A program made the position numbers and the translations under genes. A DNA stretch of 64,000 nt from positions 151,565 through 215,564 of the forward strand of contig NZ_JAGHZZ010000007.1 of assembly GCF_017745095.1 (NCBI RefSeq). Direction: 5' to 3'. This document shows, in pieces, positions 48,116-58,394 of the stretch; position 1 is the first letter of the stretch, and the number at the start of each line of letters is the position of its first letter. The stretch is from Sporocytophaga sp. Lineage in GTDB: Bacteria > Bacteroidota > Bacteroidia > Cytophagales > Cytophagaceae. The notes under the pieces were generated by a model. That model had not been told where the DNA came from, did no database searches, and saw only the letters and a list, made by a program, of their open reading frames with translations.

Positions 48116-49495
48116 TTAATGACTAATAAGCGGTAAACCATTTTCTTCAGCATCAACACCCTGTCCATATTTTTCAACTATTTGGCTGAATGGTTTATTC
48201 GTGAATGCTACCTGGAAATACTCTGTTTCATACTCTCCATTGGAATGTTTCATGGCCTCATGTGCCTGATTCCATTTCTCATCAAAATCTTTGTTATGGC
48301 ACTTTCTAAGCTTTTTATAATTCTTATTTGCCATAGCCTTCATTGCCTCAGTGTCGCCAATCCTTCTTTCAGTAAAATGAGTAATAGCTTTGCCAATATC
48401 TCCACCAAATTCATCGATAAGATGAGCAAACACCCTAACACTTTCCATACAGGTATTCATACCCATAGCATAGAAAGGAGGCATAGCATGGGCCGCATCT
48501 CCTACCAGCAAGACCTGATCTTTAAAGTTCCAATTGGTGCATTTTATCTCAGAGATTTTAGATTCGGGATTGCTGTTGAACTCGGATATGAACTGCTCCT
48601 TATCAATAAATGAAAGGAACTGGCAGTTTTCCTGTACGAATTCAAACAACTTTTCATTATCCTTCAATTTATTTACTTCACAAGATTCTGTATAGAACAA
48701 AGTACCATTAAAGCCCTTCTTACCATCAGGCAGCGCAACGAACAATAGCTCGGCTATATTCCAAATGTGTACATAATTCGGATCCAATACATACTCACCG
48801 TTTCTCGGAGGTATATAAATCTCTTTGAATCTGTAGTCCAGAGTCGAAAGGGTTGCATCTACCAAACCCTGATCCACCAACCTTTGTCTAACACAAGAAA
48901 AAGTACCGTCGCAGCCAAATAAATATTCATATTTAACAACTCTTTCAGTGGTAGTATCTTGGCCCTCTATACTATAATTGGTATTTGTGATAAATGTAAT
49001 CTCCTTATCATCTACATTAATTCCTTCTAATTTATGTCCATAATAGAACTCTACATTACCTGTTTCCAAACAAGCGTCCATCAGGTAAAAATTAAAATGT
49101 TTTCTATTGACAGTATAAATGGCCTCTTTGTTAGCTCCATAATACTGAGGATATACCTGCCCGCTTCGTAAATGAACAGCACGTCCATATTTAGGCACCA
49201 GCAATGATTTGTAACTATCATACAAACCCAAATCTTTAAGAGTAGTAACTCCTCTTTCACTGATCGACATCCCTACTGTCCTTTTCTTAATTTCATTGTT
49301 ATTTATAAGGTTCATTCTTTTTTCATAAACCTGTACCTTATAACCCTTCTTCGCCAAATACAAAGCCAATGTACAACCACTAATGCCTGCACCAATAACT
49401 ACGACAGGCTTATTTTCTAAATAATCGATATTCGTTCCCACGCACTTAATTAATTTACTTATATATATAAGGCTAACAGGTGGACTGGCAGGCAC
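48116..49495 (-). CDS. FAD-dependent monooxygenase, divergent kynurenine 3-monooxygenase-like (start uncertain)
   Basis: VIGAGISG, RTVGMSISERG, GCDGTFSCVR, HIW, VGDAAHAMPPFYAMGMN align with KMO motifs RSINLALSxRG, GADGAFS, GDAAHAIVPFYGQGMN. Confidence 0.85.
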   Translation of the reverse strand: MPASPPVSLIYISKLIKCVGTNIDYLENKPVVVIGAGISGCTLALYLAKKGYKVQVYEKRMNLINNNEIKKRTVGMSISERGVTTLKDLGLYDSYKSLLVPKYGRAVHLRSGQVYPQYYGANKEAIYTVNRKHFNFYLMDACLETGNVEFYYGHKLEGINVDDKEITFITNTNYSIEGQDTTTERVVKYEYLFGCDGTFSCVRQRLVDQGLVDATLSTLDYRFKEIYIPPRNGEYVLDPNYVHIWNIAELLFVALPDGKKGFNGTLFYTESCEVNKLKDNEKLFEFVQENCQFLSFIDKEQFISEFNSNPESKISEIKCTNWNFKDQVLLVGDAAHAMPPFYAMGMNTCMESVRVFAHLIDEFGGDIGKAITHFTERRIGDTEAMKAMANKNYKKLRKCHNKDFDEKWNQAHEAMKHSNGEYETEYFQVAFTNKPFSQIVEKYGQGVDAEENGLPLISH

Positions 49496-49881
49496 TGTTT
49501 AAAAATTAAAAAAAAAACAAACTGGCAAGGGGAAAAATCATGAATATCCTGCAAAAATTAAATTTAAGATTTTGTCAAATTTTATTGCAAATATTGTTTT
49601 GAATAATAAACTGTCGATTACTGAGCGGTTAGCTCTAAAAATAGAATTAACTGAAATGAGTTTTGCAAACTTCATCTCTTATTGGTCGGTGTGTGCTAAA
49701 AAGTATAACCTAAATCTAATATGATTACTTTCTTTTTCATTGCGATATAATCATTTAGATTTAGGGAAGGATTCACAAGTCATTTCTCTACATGACTTCT
49801 GGAATAATTTTTTTTAAATTTTGAGTAAAACATCCGTTTATCATTTTTCTAGAATGAAGTTCTATTTATAGCTAAACTAAT

Positions 49882-51078
49882 TCAACTTGCAGATTTTAAA
49901 AATCCTTTTCTCTCCAATGCATTTTCAATGATAGATGAAAAATCCTCTGCTCTTTTTTGCCATGAATTACCAGATGCAAATTTTATTCTTGCCTCTTTCT
50001 TAATTTCATTATCGGTATTCAATTCTTCTCTTATAGCATTAAGAAAACTTTCCTTAGAAGAGACAAAATGAATAAAGGAATCGAACTCCGGAAGATCTGC
50101 AAAATTTGACGAAACCACCGGCTTACCTACTGCAAGGTATTCATTGAACTTTAATGGATAGACGCTCCTTGTATAATCATTTTTTAAATAAGGAACAATC
50201 CCCAGATCTATCCCTCCTATTATTACTGGGATTTCTTCAGGCTTTTTAGCGCCTAGCCATCTCGTATTTGAAAATTTAGATAAAATTCTAAAGGCATTTT
50301 CATCGGGTGTTCTTCCTGCAAAAAGAAATTCAACATCAGGTAAATTTTCTATCAAATACTTCATCGTTTCAATATCAAATCGATCGTCAATACTTCCTGT
50401 ATACCCTATCACTTTCCTTTTTGCATTCCTAACATTTGCTGCATGCATATTAAATCGATTGAAGTCAACTCCGTTCTTAATTAAATAGCATTCTTTGGTT
50501 TTACTACTCTTCGAATGAAACAGAATTTCTGAAGTGGTAATGACAACATCCGCTTTATTTATATAATCATTCTCGATCAGAATCCCATGATTGGAGTTCC
50601 ATCCTGTTGCTATTTCATCATAACAGTAATAGATATTTAATATTTCATCAAGCCGTCCTGCAAGCATTGTTCCATAATAAGGATTAAATCCTGAAACAAT
50701 AATCGGATCTTTGATTTTAAGTTGTTGAACTGCTCTTTTAATTTCACTTTCAACAATGCGAGCATTTACCCTTAATAGTTTTAAAAAAAGTGGATGAGAG
50801 GGTATCATATTGATGGGAAGCACTGGGGGAGGACTTAAGACATTAATAGTTGAACTAACCCTGGTTTTCACTTCTCGCAATCTTGGTTCAAATCCTAATA
50901 TCTTTTTAAAGGGAATAGCCTTAGGGCCCCTTAAAAAATCTTTAAAACTAAATGCATAGTCTACATGCAGTACTTTATTTTCTGAACTTAAAACAGTCAT
51001 GATTTCTGCCATAGTATTTGTGAAATTACTTTCCCACATATTGTTTCCAAGGCAGATTATATTTTGATCTTTTAGCAT
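49882..51078 (-). CDS. GT-B glycosyltransferase (GT4/TuaH-like); start reassigned to MLKDQ
   Basis: IYYCYD, TS..L, IKNGVDF, GY.G.ID.RFD, PLKFNEYLA.GKPVVS. Confidence 0.88.
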   Translation of the reverse strand: MLKDQNIICLGNNMWESNFTNTMAEIMTVLSSENKVLHVDYAFSFKDFLRGPKAIPFKKILGFEPRLREVKTRVSSTINVLSPPPVLPINMIPSHPLFLKLLRVNARIVESEIKRAVQQLKIKDPIIVSGFNPYYGTMLAGRLDEILNIYYCYDEIATGWNSNHGILIENDYINKADVVITTSEILFHSKSSKTKECYLIKNGVDFNRFNMHAANVRNAKRKVIGYTGSIDDRFDIETMKYLIENLPDVEFLFAGRTPDENAFRILSKFSNTRWLGAKKPEEIPVIIGGIDLGIVPYLKNDYTRSVYPLKFNEYLAVGKPVVSSNFADLPEFDSFIHFVSSKESFLNAIREELNTDNEIKKEARIKFASGNSWQKRAEDFSSIIENALERKGFLKSAS

Positions 51079-51771
51079 TTTTATAGATTTATAAAATATC
51101 AACTGTGATGTGATATTTAAGTTAGGACAAGACTATTTAAGGCTTTTGCTTTGTTTGTCTCACTCACTAAAGTTCATACATAGATAAAAACTCATTATAT
51201 AAAGCTTGCACTCATCGATAATAACTCCCTTGTAATCATTTCCTCCCTAGGACTTTTAATCACTCTACCCCAATCCTATCATTTACCACACAGTTTAATT
51301 TAATTTTACAAATGGGATATAATGATCCATTAAACCAATACCGGAGAATAATATTGCTTCTGATAAATAAAATACACTGAAATACTCTATCTCATTTATC
51401 TATAATATTATTTACTATTATACTAGAAAGAGACCGATGGCGGAGAATAAATCAATTATTTCTTCCTTGAACATTGGTAAAAAAACTTCCCCTTACTCTT
51501 ATAAATTTACCCTATGTAAAAAATTTTTGCTTACAAATATTTGCTGACATTCTAAAATGTTATGGATTTAACATTTTGTAAAATTTTATATTACTTACTA
51601 AAAAAATAATAAATGGCTTTATAAAACTTTAATTAATCTAAAGATCTACCAACAGTCAATAAAGACGGGTTTAATATGATTTTAATAACAAAGAAAATCT
51701 ATAGTACGTTTCTTTAATATCAAGCTTTTAAAAGATCACAAAATTAGTAAATTAAATTTAGTAAAAACACT

Positions 51772-54700
51772 ATGGAAAGTGAAGTAAGAGTATTAAGACA
51801 AAATGTAAGGTTACAAAAAAATAGTTTAGATAAACTCAAAGAAAAACTATCGCATCTCAACGAAAACAAATTTTCCTCATTTATACTATCACTAAGTGCA
51901 TTTATTGCTTTGGCAAAAAGATATACAGATCAAGATAAATTCTTAGTATCATATAATAACTCAATACACCCCAATGGAAATGTATTGAACAAATCAAATC
52001 AAAGGATCTCCTATATAGAAATAGATCTTTCAGAAGATCCTACTTTTGAAATTTTAATTCAACAATTGAATGATAAAATTCAAAAAGATACAGAGAGAAC
52101 AATAGCAGATAAAAAGGACTCTTATCCATTTGTTGTTAATTTTTCCTTTGATGATATACTTGAAGATGGTAGTTCCAATCTTAATTTAAATTTACAAAGG
52201 ACAGACAATCAAAATACCTTACCAGTTCTTTCAATTAATTTATCTAATTCCGAAGAGGATGTCATGTGTGGTTGCCTTGAAGCAAGACTAGACTTGATGG
52301 AAATTTCTATCTCTGAAAATAGTAATGAACACTATTGCAATATTTTAAGAGAAGCGATAATAAATCCTCAAAAGAGAATCTCCGAATGTAATATGTTGGA
52401 TGAAGCTGAAAGAAATAAAATTCTTTTTGAATGGAATGCAACTGAAAAAAATTACCGCAATAATATATGTTTACATCATTTAATAGAAGAACAGGTAGAT
52501 AAAACTCCTGATTCAACAGCCGTCATTTACAACGGTCATTCACTAACTTATAAGGAATTAAATAGAAGAGCTAACATTGTAGCGGCACGTTTAATTAATA
52601 GAGGAATAAAAGAAGAAGACCTTGTTGCTGTATTGTTTGAATTATCATTAGAATCTGTCGTAGCTATAATAGGAGTTTTAAAAGCTGGTGCTGTTTATGT
52701 TCCACTTGACACCAACTATCCTGTTAAGAGAATACAATTACTAGTGGACGATTCCAAACCAAAATTATTAATTACCAATTCAAGTTTAAAAGGTTTATTA
52801 GAGTTTCCAGAAGAGAAAAAACTTATAATAAGTGATAATGATTGGCTAAATAATGATTATTTAGCTAATCCGAAAACGGGTGTTAAACCTGAAAACGCGG
52901 CATATGTAATGTACACCTCCGGTTCTACGGGATCTCCTAAGGGAATTGTAATACAACATAATAGTGTTGTGAATAACATAATGTTGATAAAGGATCGATA
53001 CATGCTTACCCCAGAAGATACTGTTCCTTCTATGCCTTCATTAGCATTTGATGCTTCAGTTTCCAAGTTATTCCCGATATTAACTATAGGTGGAACAGTT
53101 GTACTTCCAACAGAAGAAGAAATAAGAGACGTAGAAAAAACGCTTGAATTAATCAATAAATACAATATGCCTTATTTTTCTACACCTCCAAGCATATTAA
53201 GAGTCATTAATTCAATTAATCCTGATTTATCGAAACTACGCAGTATATCTTGTGGAGGTGAAGCGTTGAAATTTTCAGATGTTAGTAATCTTAATAAACA
53301 CGTCCCTATAATTAACATATATGGGCCTACCGAAGCAACCGTTTCTTCCTGCACTTATACAATACCGAAAAACTCCAGCCCTATTACTTCTCGCATCCCA
53401 ATAGGAAAACCCAACCCTAACTGCAAGGTGTATATATTAGATAAACATTTAAATTGTATGCCCGTCAATTGCTATGGAACAATATATATTGGAGGAATTG
53501 GCGTAGCACGTGGTTATTTAAACAATCCGGAGTTAACAACACAAAGATTTATTAAAAGCCCTTTTGTAGAGGGAGAAGTATTGTACAATACTGGAGACAT
53601 TGGCAGGTGGCTACCAGATGGGAATATCGATTTCATTGGTAGAAATGATAATCAGATAAAGATAAGAGGTTTCAGGATTCAGATAGAGGAGGTTGAAAAG
53701 ATATTAATAAAGCACCCATCTGTTAACGAAGGTAAAATCATTGTTAAAGGCACAAGTAATGAAGATAAATTCATGGTCGCCTGTGTAATTCCAAAAGAGG
53801 GAGAAAGTTTGTCAATAGAATCGATGAGAGACTTTATTGAAAAATATTTACCTGATTATATGGTTCCTTCCGACCTTATACTTCTTGACCATTTTCCCCT
53901 TAATCAGAATAACAAGGTAGACTCAAAAGCTCTACTTCAAAAATATGACGAAAAAAAACCTATTCAACAACAAAAGGTATCTATCAGCAAGAATAGCATT
54001 GAGAAAGAACTCGTTATCTTTTGGAAAGAGATCCTGAATAAGGAAATCAATATTCAGGAAAATTTTTTCCACGCAGGAGGACATTCGCTTCATGCCATGC
54101 AACTGAAAATGTATATCAATAAGAAATTCAATACAGATTTTTCGATGAAAGACATTTTCAATAATCTTACAATTGAAAAATTAACTTCTTTAATAGCATC
54201 AAAAGCTCAAGTAAATGAAGATAATATTAATATATCAAATAGCCACCAAAACAAGAATCCTTTTATTGCTGAAAAACAAAGTATAGAAAATATAACTCCT
54301 ATCGAAGTATCAAACATAAGAACCCAAACTTTGGATACTTCAATAAATAAAAATGAGATAGGTTTAATTACCTCAAAAGATAAAGAAAGTAGCTTATATC
54401 AGTTGTTCTTCAAAAAACCAACATTATTTGACCTGTCATTTAACGAAAGAAGATTATGGTTTCTCTACCAATTTCTTCCTAATAAAGCTACTTACAATGT
54501 AGTTAAAGCCTATAATTTGTCAGGCAAATTGAATACAGGTGTATTAGAAAAAAGTGTAAAACAACTACTGGATAAGCATTTAAATTTAAGAAAAAACTTT
54601 ATTGAAGTAGATGGAGAACCTAAAGCTAAATTAAATTATAAAGCGACCTTTAAAGTAAGAGTATGCTGTTTATCTGATTTTTTAAAATCAACTTCTGACG

Positions 54701-55014
54701 ATGAAGAAACAATTATCCAAAAATTAATAGATGACGAAACTGAAAAGGCATTTGATCTAAGTAAAGATCTTCCTATTCGTTTAACTGTGATCAAAAAAGG
54801 GAAAGAAAGTAGTATTCTGATTATTTCTGCTCATCATATTATTTCTGATGCCTGGTCATTCGCTATCATATTAGAAGAACTGAATAAGCTTTATAATTCC
54901 AACCTCATCGACGAAGAAATAAATCTTGAGGATTTGACAAGAGAATATAACAGCTACGTTGGGGCGCAGAAACAACATCTAAATAAGAATAAGGTTATTG
55001 GAGAAATAAGCTAA
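51772..55014 (+). CDS. NRPS, 5' part: C-lobe remnant - A - T - N-lobe of a condensation domain
   Basis: YTSGSTGSPKG, FDAS, YGPTE, TGD, GRNDNQIKIRGFRI, GGHSL, HHIISDAWS. Confidence 0.92.
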   Translation: MESEVRVLRQNVRLQKNSLDKLKEKLSHLNENKFSSFILSLSAFIALAKRYTDQDKFLVSYNNSIHPNGNVLNKSNQRISYIEIDLSEDPTFEILIQQLNDKIQKDTERTIADKKDSYPFVVNFSFDDILEDGSSNLNLNLQRTDNQNTLPVLSINLSNSEEDVMCGCLEARLDLMEISISENSNEHYCNILREAIINPQKRISECNMLDEAERNKILFEWNATEKNYRNNICLHHLIEEQVDKTPDSTAVIYNGHSLTYKELNRRANIVAARLINRGIKEEDLVAVLFELSLESVVAIIGVLKAGAVYVPLDTNYPVKRIQLLVDDSKPKLLITNSSLKGLLEFPEEKKLIISDNDWLNNDYLANPKTGVKPENAAYVMYTSGSTGSPKGIVIQHNSVVNNIMLIKDRYMLTPEDTVPSMPSLAFDASVSKLFPILTIGGTVVLPTEEEIRDVEKTLELINKYNMPYFSTPPSILRVINSINPDLSKLRSISCGGEALKFSDVSNLNKHVPIINIYGPTEATVSSCTYTIPKNSSPITSRIPIGKPNPNCKVYILDKHLNCMPVNCYGTIYIGGIGVARGYLNNPELTTQRFIKSPFVEGEVLYNTGDIGRWLPDGNIDFIGRNDNQIKIRGFRIQIEEVEKILIKHPSVNEGKIIVKGTSNEDKFMVACVIPKEGESLSIESMRDFIEKYLPDYMVPSDLILLDHFPLNQNNKVDSKALLQKYDEKKPIQQQKVSISKNSIEKELVIFWKEILNKEINIQENFFHAGGHSLHAMQLKMYINKKFNTDFSMKDIFNNLTIEKLTSLIASKAQVNEDNINISNSHQNKNPFIAEKQSIENITPIEVSNIRTQTLDTSINKNEIGLITSKDKESSLYQLFFKKPTLFDLSFNERRLWFLYQFLPNKATYNVVKAYNLSGKLNTGVLEKSVKQLLDKHLNLRKNFIEVDGEPKAKLNYKATFKVRVCCLSDFLKSTSDDEETIIQKLIDDETEKAFDLSKDLPIRLTVIKKGKESSILIISAHHIISDAWSFAIILEELNKLYNSNLIDEEINLEDLTREYNSYVGAQKQHLNKNKVIGEIS

Positions 55015-58000
55015 GTGATAAAATTTCCAAATTAAAATTACCATATGAGCGTACTGGAAAAGATATCATTTCAGATAGCGCCTTATATGAAGAAATTTTA
55101 ATACCTAATACCATAATCAATTCACTAAAAAAATTTAGTAAAGAAAAAGATGTTACGTTCTTTATGACCTTCTTTAGTGCATTCCAATCCCTACTATATA
55201 AATATAGCCAAAACGAATTTATAAATACTGCAATTCCAATTGTAGATCGGGCTGATGCAGCAACAAAAAGACTAATTGGTTTTTTTGTAAACACTTTAAT
55301 TGTTCCCACTGATTTTTCCAAAGATGTTGCATTTGATGAATTGATAGAAGAAGTTAAACAAACATTATTAGAAGCTTTTCATCATCAAGATCTGCCATAT
55401 GAAATTCTTGCTAATGAATTAAGAAAGGAAACAGGAGCTGATGTAAATTCACTCATTCAAGTAATGTTTGCTTTTCAAAATGTACATGAAGATCCATTGC
55501 ATTTAACAGGAGTTAAAGCAGAGAATATTTTATTGAAAAATAAACATGCTAAGTTCGATCTTACAGTTTCTGTTTCCGAACAAGCAGAAGGTTATCTGGT
55601 ATCTGCAGAGTATAAATCTGATCTATTCCATTCTATTACAATAAAAAGAATGTTGAATTCATTCCATATGCTCTTAGAACAAGTAATGTCAAACCCTAAA
55701 ATCAAGTTATCTCAGATTGAAGTATTGAATCAATCGGTGAAAGAAGTCCTTACAAAAGTATGGAATGACACAAAAAGAAATCTTCCTGATTTTTCAGTAC
55801 ATGAATTATTTGAAAGACAAGTGTTCTCATCCCCGGATGCAATTGCACTAAATTGGAATGGCAAAAAAATCAGTTATAATGAATTAAATATTCGATCTAA
55901 TCATTTAGCACATTATCTTAAAAAACAAGGAATCTCTTCTGAAGAACTGGTAGGTATATTAATGGATGAATCGGAGTTTAGTATAATATCTCTGATTGCT
56001 GTTTTAAAGACAGGAGGTGCATACCTTCCTCTCGACCCTGCCTATCCAAAAGAAAGAATTGCTTATATGTTAAATGATTCAAAGGTTAAAACAATTATCA
56101 GTGAGAAAAAATATCTTGACTATCTTCCAGATTCTTCTTACCAATGGATTGTTTTGGATCAACTTGGTGAAGAATTAAGTAAAGAAAAAGATACCAATCC
56201 TGAAAGTAGAATACTTACCAATCATCTGGCCTATGTAATGTATACATCCGGTTCCACTGGTAATCCAAAAGGAGTTGGAGTAGAACATAAGAACATCATA
56301 AGGCTGGTGAAAAACACCAACTATGTTACATTAACAAGCAGCACTAAGCTATTAAAAACAGGCGCCTTTTCATTTGATGCATCAACATTTGAGGTATGGG
56401 GAATTTTATTGAACGGTGGTGAATTATTTGTATATCCAAAAGAAAATTTATTAGACCATCAATTGCTGAAAGAAAAGATAAAAGAGAATGGAATTTCTTT
56501 GATGTGGTTTACAGTATCCTGGTTTAATCAATTAGTAGATATAGATGTAGACATTTTTAAGCCTCTTCAATCAGTATTTGTTGGAGGCGATAAATTATCA
56601 GTGAAGCATATTAATAAAGTTAAACAAGCAATTCCTCACCTTGAAATAGTCAATGGATATGGGCCTACTGAAAACACAACTTTTTCTCTATATCATAAAA
56701 TAGAGCATACAAGTGAAGAAGACATTCCTATTGGTAAGCCAATCACGAATACCACCGTTTATATTTTGGACAAATCTCTTAATCTTCTTCCAATTGGAGT
56801 GCAAGGTGAAATTTATGTAGGAGGGAAAGGAGTTGCAAGAGGGTATATAAACGATGAAAAACGTACGCAAGAAAAATTCATTCCTGATCCATTTAGTTTT
56901 GAAGGAAGATTGTATAAGACCGGAGACCTTGGAAGATGGCTGGAAAATGGAACGATAGAATTTGGAGGAAGAAAAGACAATCAAATTAAACTTAGGGGAT
57001 ATAGAATAGAACTGGGAGAAATTGAAAATGCTATATCTAGCCATCCTCTGATAGAAGATTCTGTAGTGATTTTAAAAGATGACAATGGTGATAAAAAGAT
57101 TATAGGGTTTTATTTAAGCAATACGAATTTAACGGAAGCTGATGTAAAAACTTTTCTTAGAAAGACTCTTCCTGATTTTATGATACCTGTCTACCTGATC
57201 AAAAAGGAAAGCTTTCCATTAACTTCTAACGGAAAAATTAATCGTCAGGCATTAGCAAATAGTACTAAGAATTATATTAATGCAAACAAAACATTTGAGT
57301 TTGCCTTTAATGCAACAGAGGAAAAACTTGTGGCGATCTTTGAAGAGATTTTAGGAAGAGACGCTATCAGCATTACTGATAATTTCTTTGAATTAGGTGG
57401 ACATTCTCTTCTCGCTACAAAAGTAATGGCCAAAATTGAAAGGGAGTTTGGACAAAATTATCCATTGTCCATATTATTTGAAGCTCCTACTATTAAAGAG
57501 CTCAGTAAGGTTATAAAAGGAGATTCTGGAATTAAAAAAACAGGAATTATTCCTATACAACCTAAAGGAAATAAACCTCCGTTATTCTTATTGCCAGGAT
57601 ATTTATTCTATCATAATCTAGCAAAATATCTCGGAGAGGATCAGCCACTGTATGGATTTGAGCCATTAAATATAGACAGAACAGAAGAAGTTGCGGCTAT
57701 GTTTATAAAGCAAATGAAACAGATTCAGCCAACAGGCCCTTATTTCATTGGTGGATTTTGTGCCAGTGGAATCATCGCGTACGAAGTAGCTCAACAACTC
57801 ACTGCCGCAGGAGATGAGATTGGTCTGTTATCTTTATTTGAAGTTTATACTCCAGAAGCCACGGTTTCTAAGGCATCAAAGAAATATTTATCAGACAAGT
57901 TTGCTCATTGGAAGGCCGCATTCTCTTATAATTCTTTCAGAGCTAAGATAAAATTGATTTATAATGAATCTCAGAAACTCCTTCAATATTTCCTTCTTAA

Positions 58001-58265
58001 TCAATTTAGAAGTATGATAAGTGATTACAAGCTCAAACCATATGATGGAAAGATTGTATTGTTCAAAGCTTTAGATGAACTGGTAAGCTCATCTTCATCT
58101 GACCCTTACATGGGTTGGAATAGATACTGTTCAGCTCATAATATAACTTTGATTAAAATTCCAGGAAATCATAATACATTATTTAAAGAACCTTATATTG
58201 GTATTACTGCTGCGCAAATTAAAAAGTGTTTGGAAAATCAAAATTATCATGTTGAAGAAATTTGA
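54993..58265 (+). CDS. NRPS, 3' part (frame open from 54993; first ATG 55164): rest of C - A(Val-like) - T - TE
   Basis: YWRNKL..LKLPYER C-domain motif upstream of the called ATG; YTSGSTGNPKG, GGHSL, TE GGFCASG and GNH. Confidence 0.92.
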   Translation, partial: GYWRNKLSDKISKLKLPYERTGKDIISDSALYEEILIPNTIINSLKKFSKEKDVTFFMTFFSAFQSLLYKYSQNEFINTAIPIVDRADAATKRLIGFFVNTLIVPTDFSKDVAFDELIEEVKQTLLEAFHHQDLPYEILANELRKETGADVNSLIQVMFAFQNVHEDPLHLTGVKAENILLKNKHAKFDLTVSVSEQAEGYLVSAEYKSDLFHSITIKRMLNSFHMLLEQVMSNPKIKLSQIEVLNQSVKEVLTKVWNDTKRNLPDFSVHELFERQVFSSPDAIALNWNGKKISYNELNIRSNHLAHYLKKQGISSEELVGILMDESEFSIISLIAVLKTGGAYLPLDPAYPKERIAYMLNDSKVKTIISEKKYLDYLPDSSYQWIVLDQLGEELSKEKDTNPESRILTNHLAYVMYTSGSTGNPKGVGVEHKNIIRLVKNTNYVTLTSSTKLLKTGAFSFDASTFEVWGILLNGGELFVYPKENLLDHQLLKEKIKENGISLMWFTVSWFNQLVDIDVDIFKPLQSVFVGGDKLSVKHINKVKQAIPHLEIVNGYGPTENTTFSLYHKIEHTSEEDIPIGKPITNTTVYILDKSLNLLPIGVQGEIYVGGKGVARGYINDEKRTQEKFIPDPFSFEGRLYKTGDLGRWLENGTIEFGGRKDNQIKLRGYRIELGEIENAISSHPLIEDSVVILKDDNGDKKIIGFYLSNTNLTEADVKTFLRKTLPDFMIPVYLIKKESFPLTSNGKINRQALANSTKNYINANKTFEFAFNATEEKLVAIFEEILGRDAISITDNFFELGGHSLLATKVMAKIEREFGQNYPLSILFEAPTIKELSKVIKGDSGIKKTGIIPIQPKGNKPPLFLLPGYLFYHNLAKYLGEDQPLYGFEPLNIDRTEEVAAMFIKQMKQIQPTGPYFIGGFCASGIIAYEVAQQLTAAGDEIGLLSLFEVYTPEATVSKASKKYLSDKFAHWKAAFSYNSFRAKIKLIYNESQKLLQYFLLNQFRSMISDYKLKPYDGKIVLFKALDELVSSSSSDPYMGWNRYCSAHNITLIKIPGNHNTLFKEPYIGITAAQIKKCLENQNYHVEEI

Positions 58266-58394
58266 TTAAAATTTGATTGAAACAAGTTTAAGAAAGAGAG
58301 TTGTATTTGAATGAATGTTTGATTTAAATAACACTCTCTTTCTTTTATTATCTCTAATCCGAAGATTATACTCATTCCTTTACTTATTATTTCA

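Noticed and set aside
54980-55014. Programmed -1 ribosomal frameshift in the NRPS
   Set aside because: No X XXY YYZ heptamer or homopolymer, and the -1 frame has TAA at 54990-54992 right before the junction
51772-58265. Monobactam-like pathway suggested by the Cys-TE and nearby sulfur genes
   Set aside because: No sulfotransferase, APS kinase or Dap-supply genes in the window; the sulfatases are 15 kb away and degradative
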